Shown piece after piece: positions 43,196-51,816 of a DNA stretch of 64,000 bases (position 1 is the stretch's first letter; every line of letters begins with the position of its first letter). The translations under genes and the position numbers were made by a program. The DNA is taken from NCBI GenBank assembly GCA_026989015.1, contig JALSKD010000177.1:401-64400 (forward strand), written 5' to 3'. The DNA comes from Gammaproteobacteria bacterium. Its GTDB lineage: Bacteria > Pseudomonadota > Gammaproteobacteria > GCA-001735895. The notes under the pieces were generated by a model, which was not told the origin of the DNA, ran no database searches, and worked only from the letters and a program-made list of their open reading frames with translations.

Positions 43196-44821
43196 ATGAG
43201 CAAACGCTATCAATACGATGTCATCATCGTCGGCGGCGGTGCCGCCGGCATGACCCTCGCCCTGCAACTGCCTGATCGGCTGTCGATCGCACTGCTGGCA
43301 AAGAGCCCTCACGACCAGAGCTCCACCTACTATGCCCAGGGCGGCGTATCGGCCGTGCTCGAGGGCAACGACAGCATCGCGCTGCATGTGGAAGACACCC
43401 TGAATGCCGGCGCAGGTCTGTGCGACCCCGAGATTGTGCGCCAGGTGGCCGAGACCGGACCGGAGATGATCGACTGGCTGGCCGGCCTCGGCATGCCCTT
43501 CACCCGCGATCCGGACGAACAGTCCAGCAGCGGCTATCACCTGACCCGGGAGGGCGGACACAGCCGACGCCGCGTGGTGCATGCCGCCGATGCCACGGGC
43601 AAGGCCCTGCAGAACACCCTGCTCGCCCATGTGGCGGAGCGGACCAACATCGACCGCTTCGAGCACGAAGTCGCCATCGACCTGATCACCGAGCAGGGCC
43701 GTTGCATCGGCCTCTATGCCTACAACCGCGAAAATCACCGGGTCAGCGTGTTCAAGGGCCGCAAGATCGCACTGGCCACCGGCGGCGCCAGCAAGGTCTA
43801 TCTGTATACCTCCAATCCCGACGGTTCCACCGGCGACGGCATCGCCATGGCCTGGCGCGCCGGCTGCCGCGTCGCCAACATGGAATTCATGCAATTCCAC
43901 CCGACCTGCCTCTACCACCCGGAGGCCAAGTCCTTCCTGATCTCCGAGGCCCTGCGCGGAGAAGGTGCGCGCCTCAAGCTGCCCGACGGAAAACGCTTCA
44001 TGCCGCGCTTCGACGAGCGCGCCGAGCTGGCGCCCCGCGACATCGTCGCCCGCGCCATCGACCATGAGATGAAGCGCCTCGGCATCGACTGTGTCTACCT
44101 CGACATCAGCCACAAGAGCCGCGCCTTCATCAAGTCGCACTTCCCGACCATCTACGAGCGTTGCCTGCATTACGACATCGACATCACCCGCGAGCCGATT
44201 CCGGTGGTGCCCGCCGCCCACTACACCTGCGGCGGAGTCATGATCGACGCCCACGGCTGCACCGACATCGATCACCTCTATGCCATCGGCGAAGTGTCCT
44301 ATTCCGGGTTGCATGGCGCCAACCGCATGGCCAGCAACTCCCTGCTGGAATGCCTGGCCTTCGGCCATGCCGCGGCGCGCCACATCGAACAGAGCATCGA
44401 TGCCGTCCCCATGCCGGGGAGGATCGCGCCCTGGGACGAATCGCAGGTCACCGATTCCGACGAAGAAGTCGTGGTCGCCCACAACTGGGACGAACTGCGC
44501 CGGTTCATGTGGGACTATGTCGGCATCGTGCGCACCAACAAGCGGCTGGAACGCGCCCTGCACCGCTGCGAACTGCTGAAATCGGAAATCAACGATTACT
44601 ACGGCAATTTCCGCGTAACCGGCGACCTGCTGGAACTGCGCAACCTGGTGGTGGTTGCCGAACTGATCATCCGTTCGGCAATGGCACGCCATGAAAGCCG
44701 TGGCCTGCACTACACCCTGGACTATCCCGACCTGCTGCCCGAGCCGAAGATCACCGTGCTCGAACCGGAACCCCGCGGCAAGCAAACCGAAGAGGACCCG
44801 GTGCGCCTGATCGGCCGCTGA
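43196..44821 (+). CDS. nadB: L-aspartate oxidase
   Basis: GGGAAG, YAQGG, EGGHSRRRVVH, QFHPT, AHYTCGG, LHGANRMASNSLLE; divergent from rpoE. Confidence 0.97.
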   Translation: MSKRYQYDVIIVGGGAAGMTLALQLPDRLSIALLAKSPHDQSSTYYAQGGVSAVLEGNDSIALHVEDTLNAGAGLCDPEIVRQVAETGPEMIDWLAGLGMPFTRDPDEQSSSGYHLTREGGHSRRRVVHAADATGKALQNTLLAHVAERTNIDRFEHEVAIDLITEQGRCIGLYAYNRENHRVSVFKGRKIALATGGASKVYLYTSNPDGSTGDGIAMAWRAGCRVANMEFMQFHPTCLYHPEAKSFLISEALRGEGARLKLPDGKRFMPRFDERAELAPRDIVARAIDHEMKRLGIDCVYLDISHKSRAFIKSHFPTIYERCLHYDIDITREPIPVVPAAHYTCGGVMIDAHGCTDIDHLYAIGEVSYSGLHGANRMASNSLLECLAFGHAAARHIEQSIDAVPMPGRIAPWDESQVTDSDEEVVVAHNWDELRRFMWDYVGIVRTNKRLERALHRCELLKSEINDYYGNFRVTGDLLELRNLVVVAELIIRSAMARHESRGLHYTLDYPDLLPEPKITVLEPEPRGKQTEEDPVRLIGR

Positions 44822-44896
44822 TCCTCCTTCCCCGATGGGATATGGCCGGAATGGGCGCTTCGCGGCATAGTTCCGCTGTTTCGCCCGGAGATCGCC

Positions 44897-45313
44897 ATGC
44901 TGCTGCAGCACCAGCTACGCATCGACACGCGCCCGCGTTCCTCCCTCGATATCAGTAGCGAGGTGGACGGCGTGGTGCGCGAATCGGGCATCGGCACCGG
45001 CCTGTGTCATGTGTTCATCCATCACACCAGCGCCTCGTTGATGATCACCGAGAACGCCGACCCGTCGGTGCGCCGCGACCTCGAATACTTCATGCAGAAG
45101 ACGGTGCGCGATGGCGACCCCGGCTATGAGCACGACCTGGAAGGGCCCGACGACATGTCGGCGCACATCCGCAGCGTGCTCAGCGGCAGCGATCTGACCG
45201 TCCCGGTGAGCGGTGGCCGCCTCGCGCTCGGCACCTGGCAGGGGATTTTTCTCTGGGAACACAGGGCACGGGGCCACAGTCGCCGGATTACCGTAACGGT
45301 ACACGGGGAATAA
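44897..45313 (+). CDS. yjbQ: YjbQ/UPF0047 family protein
   Basis: HTSASLMITENADPSV, EGPDDMSAHI, LGTWQGIFLWEHR. Confidence 0.92.
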   Translation: MLLQHQLRIDTRPRSSLDISSEVDGVVRESGIGTGLCHVFIHHTSASLMITENADPSVRRDLEYFMQKTVRDGDPGYEHDLEGPDDMSAHIRSVLSGSDLTVPVSGGRLALGTWQGIFLWEHRARGHSRRITVTVHGE

Positions 45314-45427
45314 GCACTGCTGATGAGGGTATTCTGCCGCTGCATTGTCCCGCGGCGGGCGTTTGATTTAGACTAGGCGGCCGTTTGAGCCAAAACAGAA
45401 CGAACACTTAGAGATAGAGGGTTTTCC

Positions 45428-47359
45428 ATGGCAGAGTCCGGACTTACTTATCGTCGCTACAAAGACGGAGAGCACAACTACCGTTCCTACGGAGAGAAAA
45501 TCTTCGAGCAGGACACCACCTACAAGTGCCCGACCTATGTCCACCGCACCCCGCCCTGCCAGGGCAGCTGCCCCTCCGGTGAAGACATCCGTGGCTGGCT
45601 GCAGATCGTTCGTGGCATCGAGAAACCCACCGGTGGCATGGAAAAGGTCGAATACGCCTTCTATCGCTCCACCGACGCCAACCCCTTCCCGGCGATCATG
45701 GGCCGCGTCTGCCCGGCGCCCTGTCAGGAAGGCTGCAACCGCAACGAGGTCGAGGACTTCGTCGGCATCAACTCCATCGAGCAGTACATCGGTGACTACG
45801 CCCGCGAACACGGACTCAAATTCCACGGTCCAGGCAAGGAAACAGGCAAGACCGTGGCCATCATCGGCGGCGGTGTCGGCGGCCTCGCCTGCGCCTACCA
45901 GCTGCGGCGCATGGGCCATGCGGTCAAGGTCTACGACAACCACAAGGAGCTGGGTGGCATGATGCGCTACGGCATTCCCGGCTACCGTACCCCCCGCGAT
46001 GTCATGGACCACGAGATCCAGCGCATCCTCGACCTCGGCGTCGAGGTGCACCTCAATACCTTCGTCGGCAAGGACATCACCCTCGAGCAGCTGCGCGAGG
46101 AGAACGACGCCGTGGTCATCGCCATCGGCGCCCAGGCCGGCCGCAACATTCCGATTCCCGGTAGCGATGCACCCAACTGCATTACCGGTGTCTCCTTCCT
46201 CGAGGCCTACAACGACGGCCGCCTGAAGTTCGTTTCCAAGCGCGTCGTGGTCATCGGCGGCGGCGACACCGCGATGGATGTCGTCTCCGTGGCTCGCCGT
46301 CTCGGCCATGTGCAGGCCAAGCATCCGGACGAGCGGCCCGAAGCCGTGGTCCTCAACCAGACCGCCCAGGATTGCGCCGTTGCCTGCAAGAAGGAAGGCG
46401 CCGAAGTCCTGCTGGTCTACCGCCGTCCGGTGGACCAGATGCCCGCCGCCGAGCATGAAGTCGAAGCCGCCCGCAAGGAAGGCGTCGAACTGCGAGGCAG
46501 CCTTGTGCCGATCGAAGTCATCAAGGACGAGGAAGGCCGCGCCAAGGCCCTGCGCGTGGCCAAGGCCGACTGGTCCAGCGGCAAGATGGAACTCATCCCC
46601 GACTCCGAATTCGAGATCGAGTGTGACCTGATCGTCTCTGCCATCGGCCAGGGCGGCGACCTCACCGGCATGGAAGACCTCGACAACGGCCGCGGTCTGA
46701 TCGACTCCGACAAGTACTACCAGGTGCCCGGACAGCAGGGCCTGTTCGTCATCGGCGACATCGTGCGCCCTCACCTGCTGACCACCGCCATCGGCCAGGC
46801 CTGGGTCGCTGCCGAGAGCATCGACCACTACCTGAAGAAAGAGGATCTCGGCAAGCGTCCCAAGGTGGATGTGCACCATTTCGACCTGCTCGAAAAACTC
46901 AAGGAAACCGGCCTCGCCCCCCAGCCCTACAGCCATGAGGAGACCTGGGGCACCAGCGAAGCCGATTTCGCCATCCACAATTATGAGGACCGTTCCGAGC
47001 AGGAGATCATTCCCGCCGACAAGCTGTTCCTCGGCCATTTCGAATACACTCCACGCATCAAACGCAAGGAAGTCGAAATCACGGCGGAAAATGTCATCGA
47101 CTCATACGAAGAGCGTTTCATCGGTCTGGAGGATGACCAGGCCACCCAGGAAGCCGACCGCTGCATGAGCTGCGGCATGTGTTTCGAGTGCGACAACTGC
47201 GTCATCTACTGTCCGCAGGACGCCGTCCACCGTACGCCGAAGGACAAGTCCACACTGGGCCGCTATGTGTTCACCGACTACACCCGCTGTATCGGCTGCC
47301 ACATCTGCGCCGATGTCTGCCCCACCGGCTACATCCAGATGGCGATGGGCGACCACTAG
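45428..47359 (+). CDS. dsrL: DsrL iron-sulfur flavoprotein (NAD(P)H:acceptor oxidoreductase of the Dsr pathway)
   Basis: KCPTYVHRTPPCQGSCPSGEDIRGWL, GRVCPAPCQEGCNR, RPHLLTTAIGQ, HNYEDRS, LFLGHF, C-terminal CMSCGMCFECDNC and CIGCHICADVCP ferredoxin motifs. Confidence 0.92.
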   Translation: MAESGLTYRRYKDGEHNYRSYGEKIFEQDTTYKCPTYVHRTPPCQGSCPSGEDIRGWLQIVRGIEKPTGGMEKVEYAFYRSTDANPFPAIMGRVCPAPCQEGCNRNEVEDFVGINSIEQYIGDYAREHGLKFHGPGKETGKTVAIIGGGVGGLACAYQLRRMGHAVKVYDNHKELGGMMRYGIPGYRTPRDVMDHEIQRILDLGVEVHLNTFVGKDITLEQLREENDAVVIAIGAQAGRNIPIPGSDAPNCITGVSFLEAYNDGRLKFVSKRVVVIGGGDTAMDVVSVARRLGHVQAKHPDERPEAVVLNQTAQDCAVACKKEGAEVLLVYRRPVDQMPAAEHEVEAARKEGVELRGSLVPIEVIKDEEGRAKALRVAKADWSSGKMELIPDSEFEIECDLIVSAIGQGGDLTGMEDLDNGRGLIDSDKYYQVPGQQGLFVIGDIVRPHLLTTAIGQAWVAAESIDHYLKKEDLGKRPKVDVHHFDLLEKLKETGLAPQPYSHEETWGTSEADFAIHNYEDRSEQEIIPADKLFLGHFEYTPRIKRKEVEITAENVIDSYEERFIGLEDDQATQEADRCMSCGMCFECDNCVIYCPQDAVHRTPKDKSTLGRYVFTDYTRCIGCHICADVCPTGYIQMAMGDH

Positions 47360-47378
47360 GCTTCATACCGCTCGCTAC

Positions 47379-47411
47379 AGGCTCGACCGGCAAGTGCCGG
47401 TCGGGCCTTTT
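47379..47411 (+). terminator. Intrinsic terminator after dsrL
   Basis: AGGCTCGACCGGC-AAGT-GCCGGTCGGGCCT-TTT. Confidence 0.75.
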
Positions 47412-47450
47412 GCTTTTCAACCTTTCTGTAAACACGAACGAGGAAACATC

Positions 47451-48092
47451 ATGAAACTGATTCTGTTGGGCGCTCCCGGCGCCGGCAAGGGCACCGTGGC
47501 CAAGCTGCTGACCCAGATCGACGGCTCGGTACAAATCTCCACCGGCGACATCCTGCGCGCCGCCGTGGCCGCCGGCACCGAACTGGGCAAGAAGGCCGAA
47601 GCCGCCATGAAAGCCGGTGACCTGGTCTCCGACGACCTGATCATGGGCATCATGGAAGAACGCCTGAAGGAAGACGACTGCAAGAACGGCTACCTGCTCG
47701 ACGGCTTCCCGCGCACCATTCCCCAGGCCGAGGCACTGAAGGAACTGCTGGCCAAAATGGGCGAACAACTCGACTGTGTGGTCAACATCGATGTGCCGCG
47801 CGAGGTCATCCTCGACCGCCTGACCACCCGCCGTACCTGCACCGATTGCGGCGCCATCTACAATGTCAAGTCCAACCCGCCGAAGGAAGAAGGCAAATGC
47901 GACAAGTGCGGCGGTCCGGTGGTCCAGCGCGATGACGAAACCGAGGAAGCCATCGGCAATCGCCTCGATGTGTACGAGGAGAAGACCGCCCCGCTGGTCG
48001 GTTTCTACGAGAAGGAAGGCCTGCTGCTGACCGTTGAGGCCACCTCCAGCGATGCCGTCATCGACGCCATCAAGGAGAAGCTGGGCCTCTGA
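47451..48092 (+). CDS. adk: Adenylate kinase with Zn-binding lid
   Basis: GAPGAGKGT, ISTGDILR, LDGFPRT, lid CTDC..CDKC, QRDDE; GAGGA RBS before ATG 47451. Confidence 0.95.
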   Translation: MKLILLGAPGAGKGTVAKLLTQIDGSVQISTGDILRAAVAAGTELGKKAEAAMKAGDLVSDDLIMGIMEERLKEDDCKNGYLLDGFPRTIPQAEALKELLAKMGEQLDCVVNIDVPREVILDRLTTRRTCTDCGAIYNVKSNPPKEEGKCDKCGGPVVQRDDETEEAIGNRLDVYEEKTAPLVGFYEKEGLLLTVEATSSDAVIDAIKEKLGL

Positions 48093-48116
48093 TCCAGCCC
48101 CCGCTCTTCGACCCAC

Positions 48117-48145
48117 GAAAAAGCCGGCCCAGCGCCGGCTTTTTC
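48117..48145. terminator. Bidirectional terminator between adk and the EAL gene
   Basis: GAAAAAGCCGGC-CCAGC-GCCGGCTTTTTC. Confidence 0.85.
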
Positions 48146-49418
48146 ATTGCCGTCCGCTTGCGTCCTCCAGCCAGCCGTCCAGCTCCGCCAGCGGCATCGG
48201 CCGCGCCAGCAGATACCCCTGGATCAGCTCACACCCCATGTCCCTGAGCAGTGCACGGGTCTCTTCGTCCTCCACGCCCTCGGCCACTACCCGCATCTGC
48301 AGCCCGCGGGCCATCAGGATCAGCGACTTGACGATATGGGCGTCCATGGTCTGGCCGGTCATGTTGGCGATGAAGGAACGGTCGATCTTGAGCTCACAGG
48401 CCGGGATGCGTCGCAGATAGGTCATGGTCGAATAGCCCGTGCCAAAATCGTCGATCGACAGACCGATACCCAGCTCCCTCAGGGCCTGCAGGGTATCGAC
48501 CGCCTGATCCAGGCGCGAGATGACCGCGGACTCGGTCACTTCGAGCACCAGACGCGCGGGATCGAAGCCCCAGATCGCCAGCGCCGCACGCACATCATCG
48601 ACGATGTCCTGGCGCTGCAGCAACTGGGCTGAAAGGTTGATCGACACATGGCCGATGCCGTTCCGCGACGCCATTTCGCGCATGACCGCGTTCAGCGTCC
48701 AGGTGGTGATTTCCTCGATCAGTGTGCTGCGTTCGGCAATGGGTATGAACAGGTCCGGGCGCACGAAGCCCTGTGCCCCGTTGCGCCAGCGGATCAACGC
48801 CTCCACTCCATGCAGGCGGCCGTCATCCAGCCGCTGCTGGGGCTGGTAGTACATGGCCAGCTGACCCCGGTCGGCGGCCTGTCTCAGGTCGTGTTCCAGA
48901 TCCCAGTCGATGATGCCTTCTTCGACGGTCTGCCGGTCCCCATCGAAGGCATAGCCTTCCGGGGTTTGGCGCGCGTTCAGCAGTGCCCGCTCCAGCCTGC
49001 GTAGACAGGACTCCAGATCTGCAGGTGCCTGCGCCGGGTCGAACAGGGCCGCCCCGATTGCCAGACTCAGGTGATGGGTTTCACCATCGATCGCATAGAC
49101 CGCGCTGAGTAGGGCGTGCAGGCGCGCAAGGGCCAGCCGTGCATGCCCCGGATTGCGAATGCCTTGCAACACAATCAGGTAGTCGGCATTGCCGATGCGT
49201 TCGGCGATGCCCTTCCCGCTGACGAAACCCTCGACGCGCTGTGCAAGCGCCTCCAGCAGGCGGTCCACCCGCCGATAGCCATGACTCAGATTGAGTTGTC
49301 GCAGGCGATTGACGCCAACCAGCAATACGGCCCGAATCCCTTCCTCTTCCCATGACGCCTCAGTCAGCTGCGCCTCGATGCGCTGCAGGGCGGCGGATCG
49401 GCAACGGTCCAGGCTCAC
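48144..49418 (-). CDS. Degenerate-GGDEF / EAL c-di-GMP phosphodiesterase
   Basis: RIGNADY in place of RxGGDEF; YQP, EALIRW, LEVTES, IDDFGTGYS, LKIDRSF, VAEGVE, QGY all present. Confidence 0.88.
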   Translation of the reverse strand: MSLDRCRSAALQRIEAQLTEASWEEEGIRAVLLVGVNRLRQLNLSHGYRRVDRLLEALAQRVEGFVSGKGIAERIGNADYLIVLQGIRNPGHARLALARLHALLSAVYAIDGETHHLSLAIGAALFDPAQAPADLESCLRRLERALLNARQTPEGYAFDGDRQTVEEGIIDWDLEHDLRQAADRGQLAMYYQPQQRLDDGRLHGVEALIRWRNGAQGFVRPDLFIPIAERSTLIEEITTWTLNAVMREMASRNGIGHVSINLSAQLLQRQDIVDDVRAALAIWGFDPARLVLEVTESAVISRLDQAVDTLQALRELGIGLSIDDFGTGYSTMTYLRRIPACELKIDRSFIANMTGQTMDAHIVKSLILMARGLQMRVVAEGVEDEETRALLRDMGCELIQGYLLARPMPLAELDGWLEDASGRQ

Positions 49419-50683
49419 AGGTACAACTCGTCCGGGTCGAGCCCGTAGCTTCCCGGCTCAAGGGTCTTGACGATGGCCAGCGGCTCACCCTCGCTGTCCC
49501 GCTCTACGTGGAGCAGATCGACGATATCGAAATTCGCATACATGCGTTTTTTCCGGTCCAGCAGCAGCATCACCTTGGGCCGCAAGCGCCGGGTACGGTG
49601 CTGGGCGATGACCACGCCGACCTGCCCGCTGCTCAGTTCGACCAACGTCCCCACCGGATAGACACCGATCACCTGGATGAACTGCTCGATCAGCTCCTCC
49701 TGGAATTCACGGCCGCGCCAGGCATACAGCCGGTTCACCGCCTCGTGGGGGGATACGGCGCTGGCATAGGGGCGCTGCGAGGTGATGGCCTCGTAACAAT
49801 CCACCAGCCCGCCGATGCGGCCGAACAAGGGAATCTGCGTGCCTTTCAGCCCCTGTGAATAACCGGAACCGTCATGCCGCTCATGGTGGGTCTGCACCAT
49901 GGACAGCACCTCAGGGGGTATGCCGGCAATGCCGGACACGATGTCGACACTGTGATCGACATGGCGCTGAATGATGCGAAACTCCTCCGCATCGAAGCGG
50001 CCCGGCTTGTCGAGCAGATGGCCGGGGCAACGCAGCTTCCCGACATCCAGCAACAGCCCGCCCAGGCCGAGCACATCCAAATCCTCCCGCGGCAATCCGA
50101 GGTGCCTGCCAAAGGCGATCGCCCAGATCGCGGTATTGACCGCGTGATAATAGCTGTAGTCCTGCTTGGCCCTGAGGCGGGTCAGCCAGGTAAAGGCGTC
50201 CGGGTTGCGGACGATACTGTCCACCATCGGCGTCACCACAACTTCCAGATCCTCGTAGCACACCTCATGCTGCTGCCCCAGTTCCCGTACCAGGTACTTG
50301 AGCTGCACCGACAAGCGGGCATGGGCGGCCCGTGCCACGCGGTATTCGCGGGTGAATTCACTGCGTTCGGGATAGGGTTCCGGTTCCCGCCCGGTCAACG
50401 CGCGCAGGCGCTGAGCCGGATCGACCACCGGTATCCCTGTCGTGGTCTGGCCACCGCTGAAGTCGCCCGAGTGAGGGGCCGTTGCCTGGACTTCGGGGGT
50501 GCTGCGGTAGCGATCGACATAGACATGCCGGCAGCAGGCGGCCAGGCGGGCAATATCCTGTTCCGTGCGAATCAGCTTGCCCTGCAACGGAAACTTCGTC
50601 TCTTCCCAGGGCCGATCCAGACGGCTCACATACATGCCAACTCGAAGATCCTCGACCGCAACCTGAGTCTCTACGATACCCAC
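49415..50683 (-). CDS. DUF3391 / HD-GYP domain protein with variant motifs
   Basis: LRVGMYVSRLDRPW N-domain; LLLDVGK, HHERHDGSGYSQGL, RPY, YPVGTLVELSSG; GTG 50683 follows a GGAGAG RBS. Confidence 0.88.
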   Translation of the reverse strand: MGIVETQVAVEDLRVGMYVSRLDRPWEETKFPLQGKLIRTEQDIARLAACCRHVYVDRYRSTPEVQATAPHSGDFSGGQTTTGIPVVDPAQRLRALTGREPEPYPERSEFTREYRVARAAHARLSVQLKYLVRELGQQHEVCYEDLEVVVTPMVDSIVRNPDAFTWLTRLRAKQDYSYYHAVNTAIWAIAFGRHLGLPREDLDVLGLGGLLLDVGKLRCPGHLLDKPGRFDAEEFRIIQRHVDHSVDIVSGIAGIPPEVLSMVQTHHERHDGSGYSQGLKGTQIPLFGRIGGLVDCYEAITSQRPYASAVSPHEAVNRLYAWRGREFQEELIEQFIQVIGVYPVGTLVELSSGQVGVVIAQHRTRRLRPKVMLLLDRKKRMYANFDIVDLLHVERDSEGEPLAIVKTLEPGSYGLDPDELYL

Positions 50684-50760
50684 ATTCGCTCTCCGCAAGA
50701 CATCAAATCCGGAGTATAGGCCAATGCCACAAGGCTGCAGGCTGCATTCCGCGCCAGCGA

Positions 50761-51816
50761 TCAGGCGGAGCGCGGAAACACCACCAGATGATCGAATTCG
50801 AGGCGGATGCCTATGGACTCGCCGATGGCATGATCATGGTGACTCGGCACCAGCGCCAGCAACTCGGCTCCGCTGGGCATGCGCAGGCTGTAGAGGAATT
50901 CCGATCCGCGAAACGCCCGGTCGATGACGATGGCCTGATCCGGCGCGGCATCGTCGTGGATCAGGTCATCGGGGCGAACCAGCACATCCACAAGGCAGCC
51001 CGGGCGGCATTCGGGGGGCGTCACGCCACTCAGCAGGCCGAGTTCGGTTTCCACGCCCTCGTCGGTGACGCGCCCCGGCAACAACACGCCTTCGCCAATG
51101 AAGCCGGCGACGAACCGGTTGACCGGCCGGTGGTAGAGGTTGTAGGCCGAATCACACTGCTGCAGACGGCCCGACTCCAGCACGCAGATGCGGTCGGCCA
51201 TGGCGAAGGCTTCATGCTGGTCGTGGGTGACCAGGATCGCCGAAATGCCTTCCTGACGCAGGATGTTGCGCACTTCGCGGGCCAGGCTTTCGCGCAGGGT
51301 CACATCGAGACTGGAGAACGGCTCGTCCAGCAACAACAGTGATGGACGGGGCGCCAGGGCACGGGCCAGTGCCACCCGCTGTTGCTGCCCGCCCGACAAC
51401 TGATGCGGCCAGGCTTTGGCCATTCCGGGCAGACCGACCAGAGCCAGCAGTTCGGCGACCCGCGCATGCCGTTTGCCCGCCGGCCAGCCACGCAGTCCAA
51501 ACGCAATGTTGTCCCCGATACTGAGGTGCGGAAACAGCGCGAAATCCTGGAACACCATGCCGATACCGCGCTGTTCCGGCGGCCGGCACAGTCCGCGCCC
51601 GGTCACCAGCACCCCATCGAGCCGGATGTCTCCCTGATCCGGCATCTGGAAGCCGGCGATGCAGCGCAGCACCGTGGTTTTGCCGCAGCCGCTGGGCCCG
51701 AGCAGGCAGCCGAGTTCACCCCTCTGAAGTTCGAGATCGATCCCGTCGACCGCCGTATCGCGCCCGAAACGGACCCGCACCCCCTTCACCTCCAGTATCG
51801 TCAGCGCGTCATTCAT
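50761..51816 (-). CDS. fbpC: Fe3+ ABC transporter ATPase
   Basis: GPSGCGKTT, LSGGQQQRVALARALA, LDEPFS, TOBE-like tail. Confidence 0.88.
   Translation of the reverse strand: MNDALTILEVKGVRVRFGRDTAVDGIDLELQRGELGCLLGPSGCGKTTVLRCIAGFQMPDQGDIRLDGVLVTGRGLCRPPEQRGIGMVFQDFALFPHLSIGDNIAFGLRGWPAGKRHARVAELLALVGLPGMAKAWPHQLSGGQQQRVALARALAPRPSLLLLDEPFSSLDVTLRESLAREVRNILRQEGISAILVTHDQHEAFAMADRICVLESGRLQQCDSAYNLYHRPVNRFVAGFIGEGVLLPGRVTDEGVETELGLLSGVTPPECRPGCLVDVLVRPDDLIHDDAAPDQAIVIDRAFRGSEFLYSLRMPSGAELLALVPSHHDHAIGESIGIRLEFDHLVVFPRSA

Noticed and set aside
45428-47359. Glutamate synthase small subunit GltD
   Set aside because: The extra C-terminal ferredoxin domain, DsrL-specific segments and absence of gltB point to DsrL.
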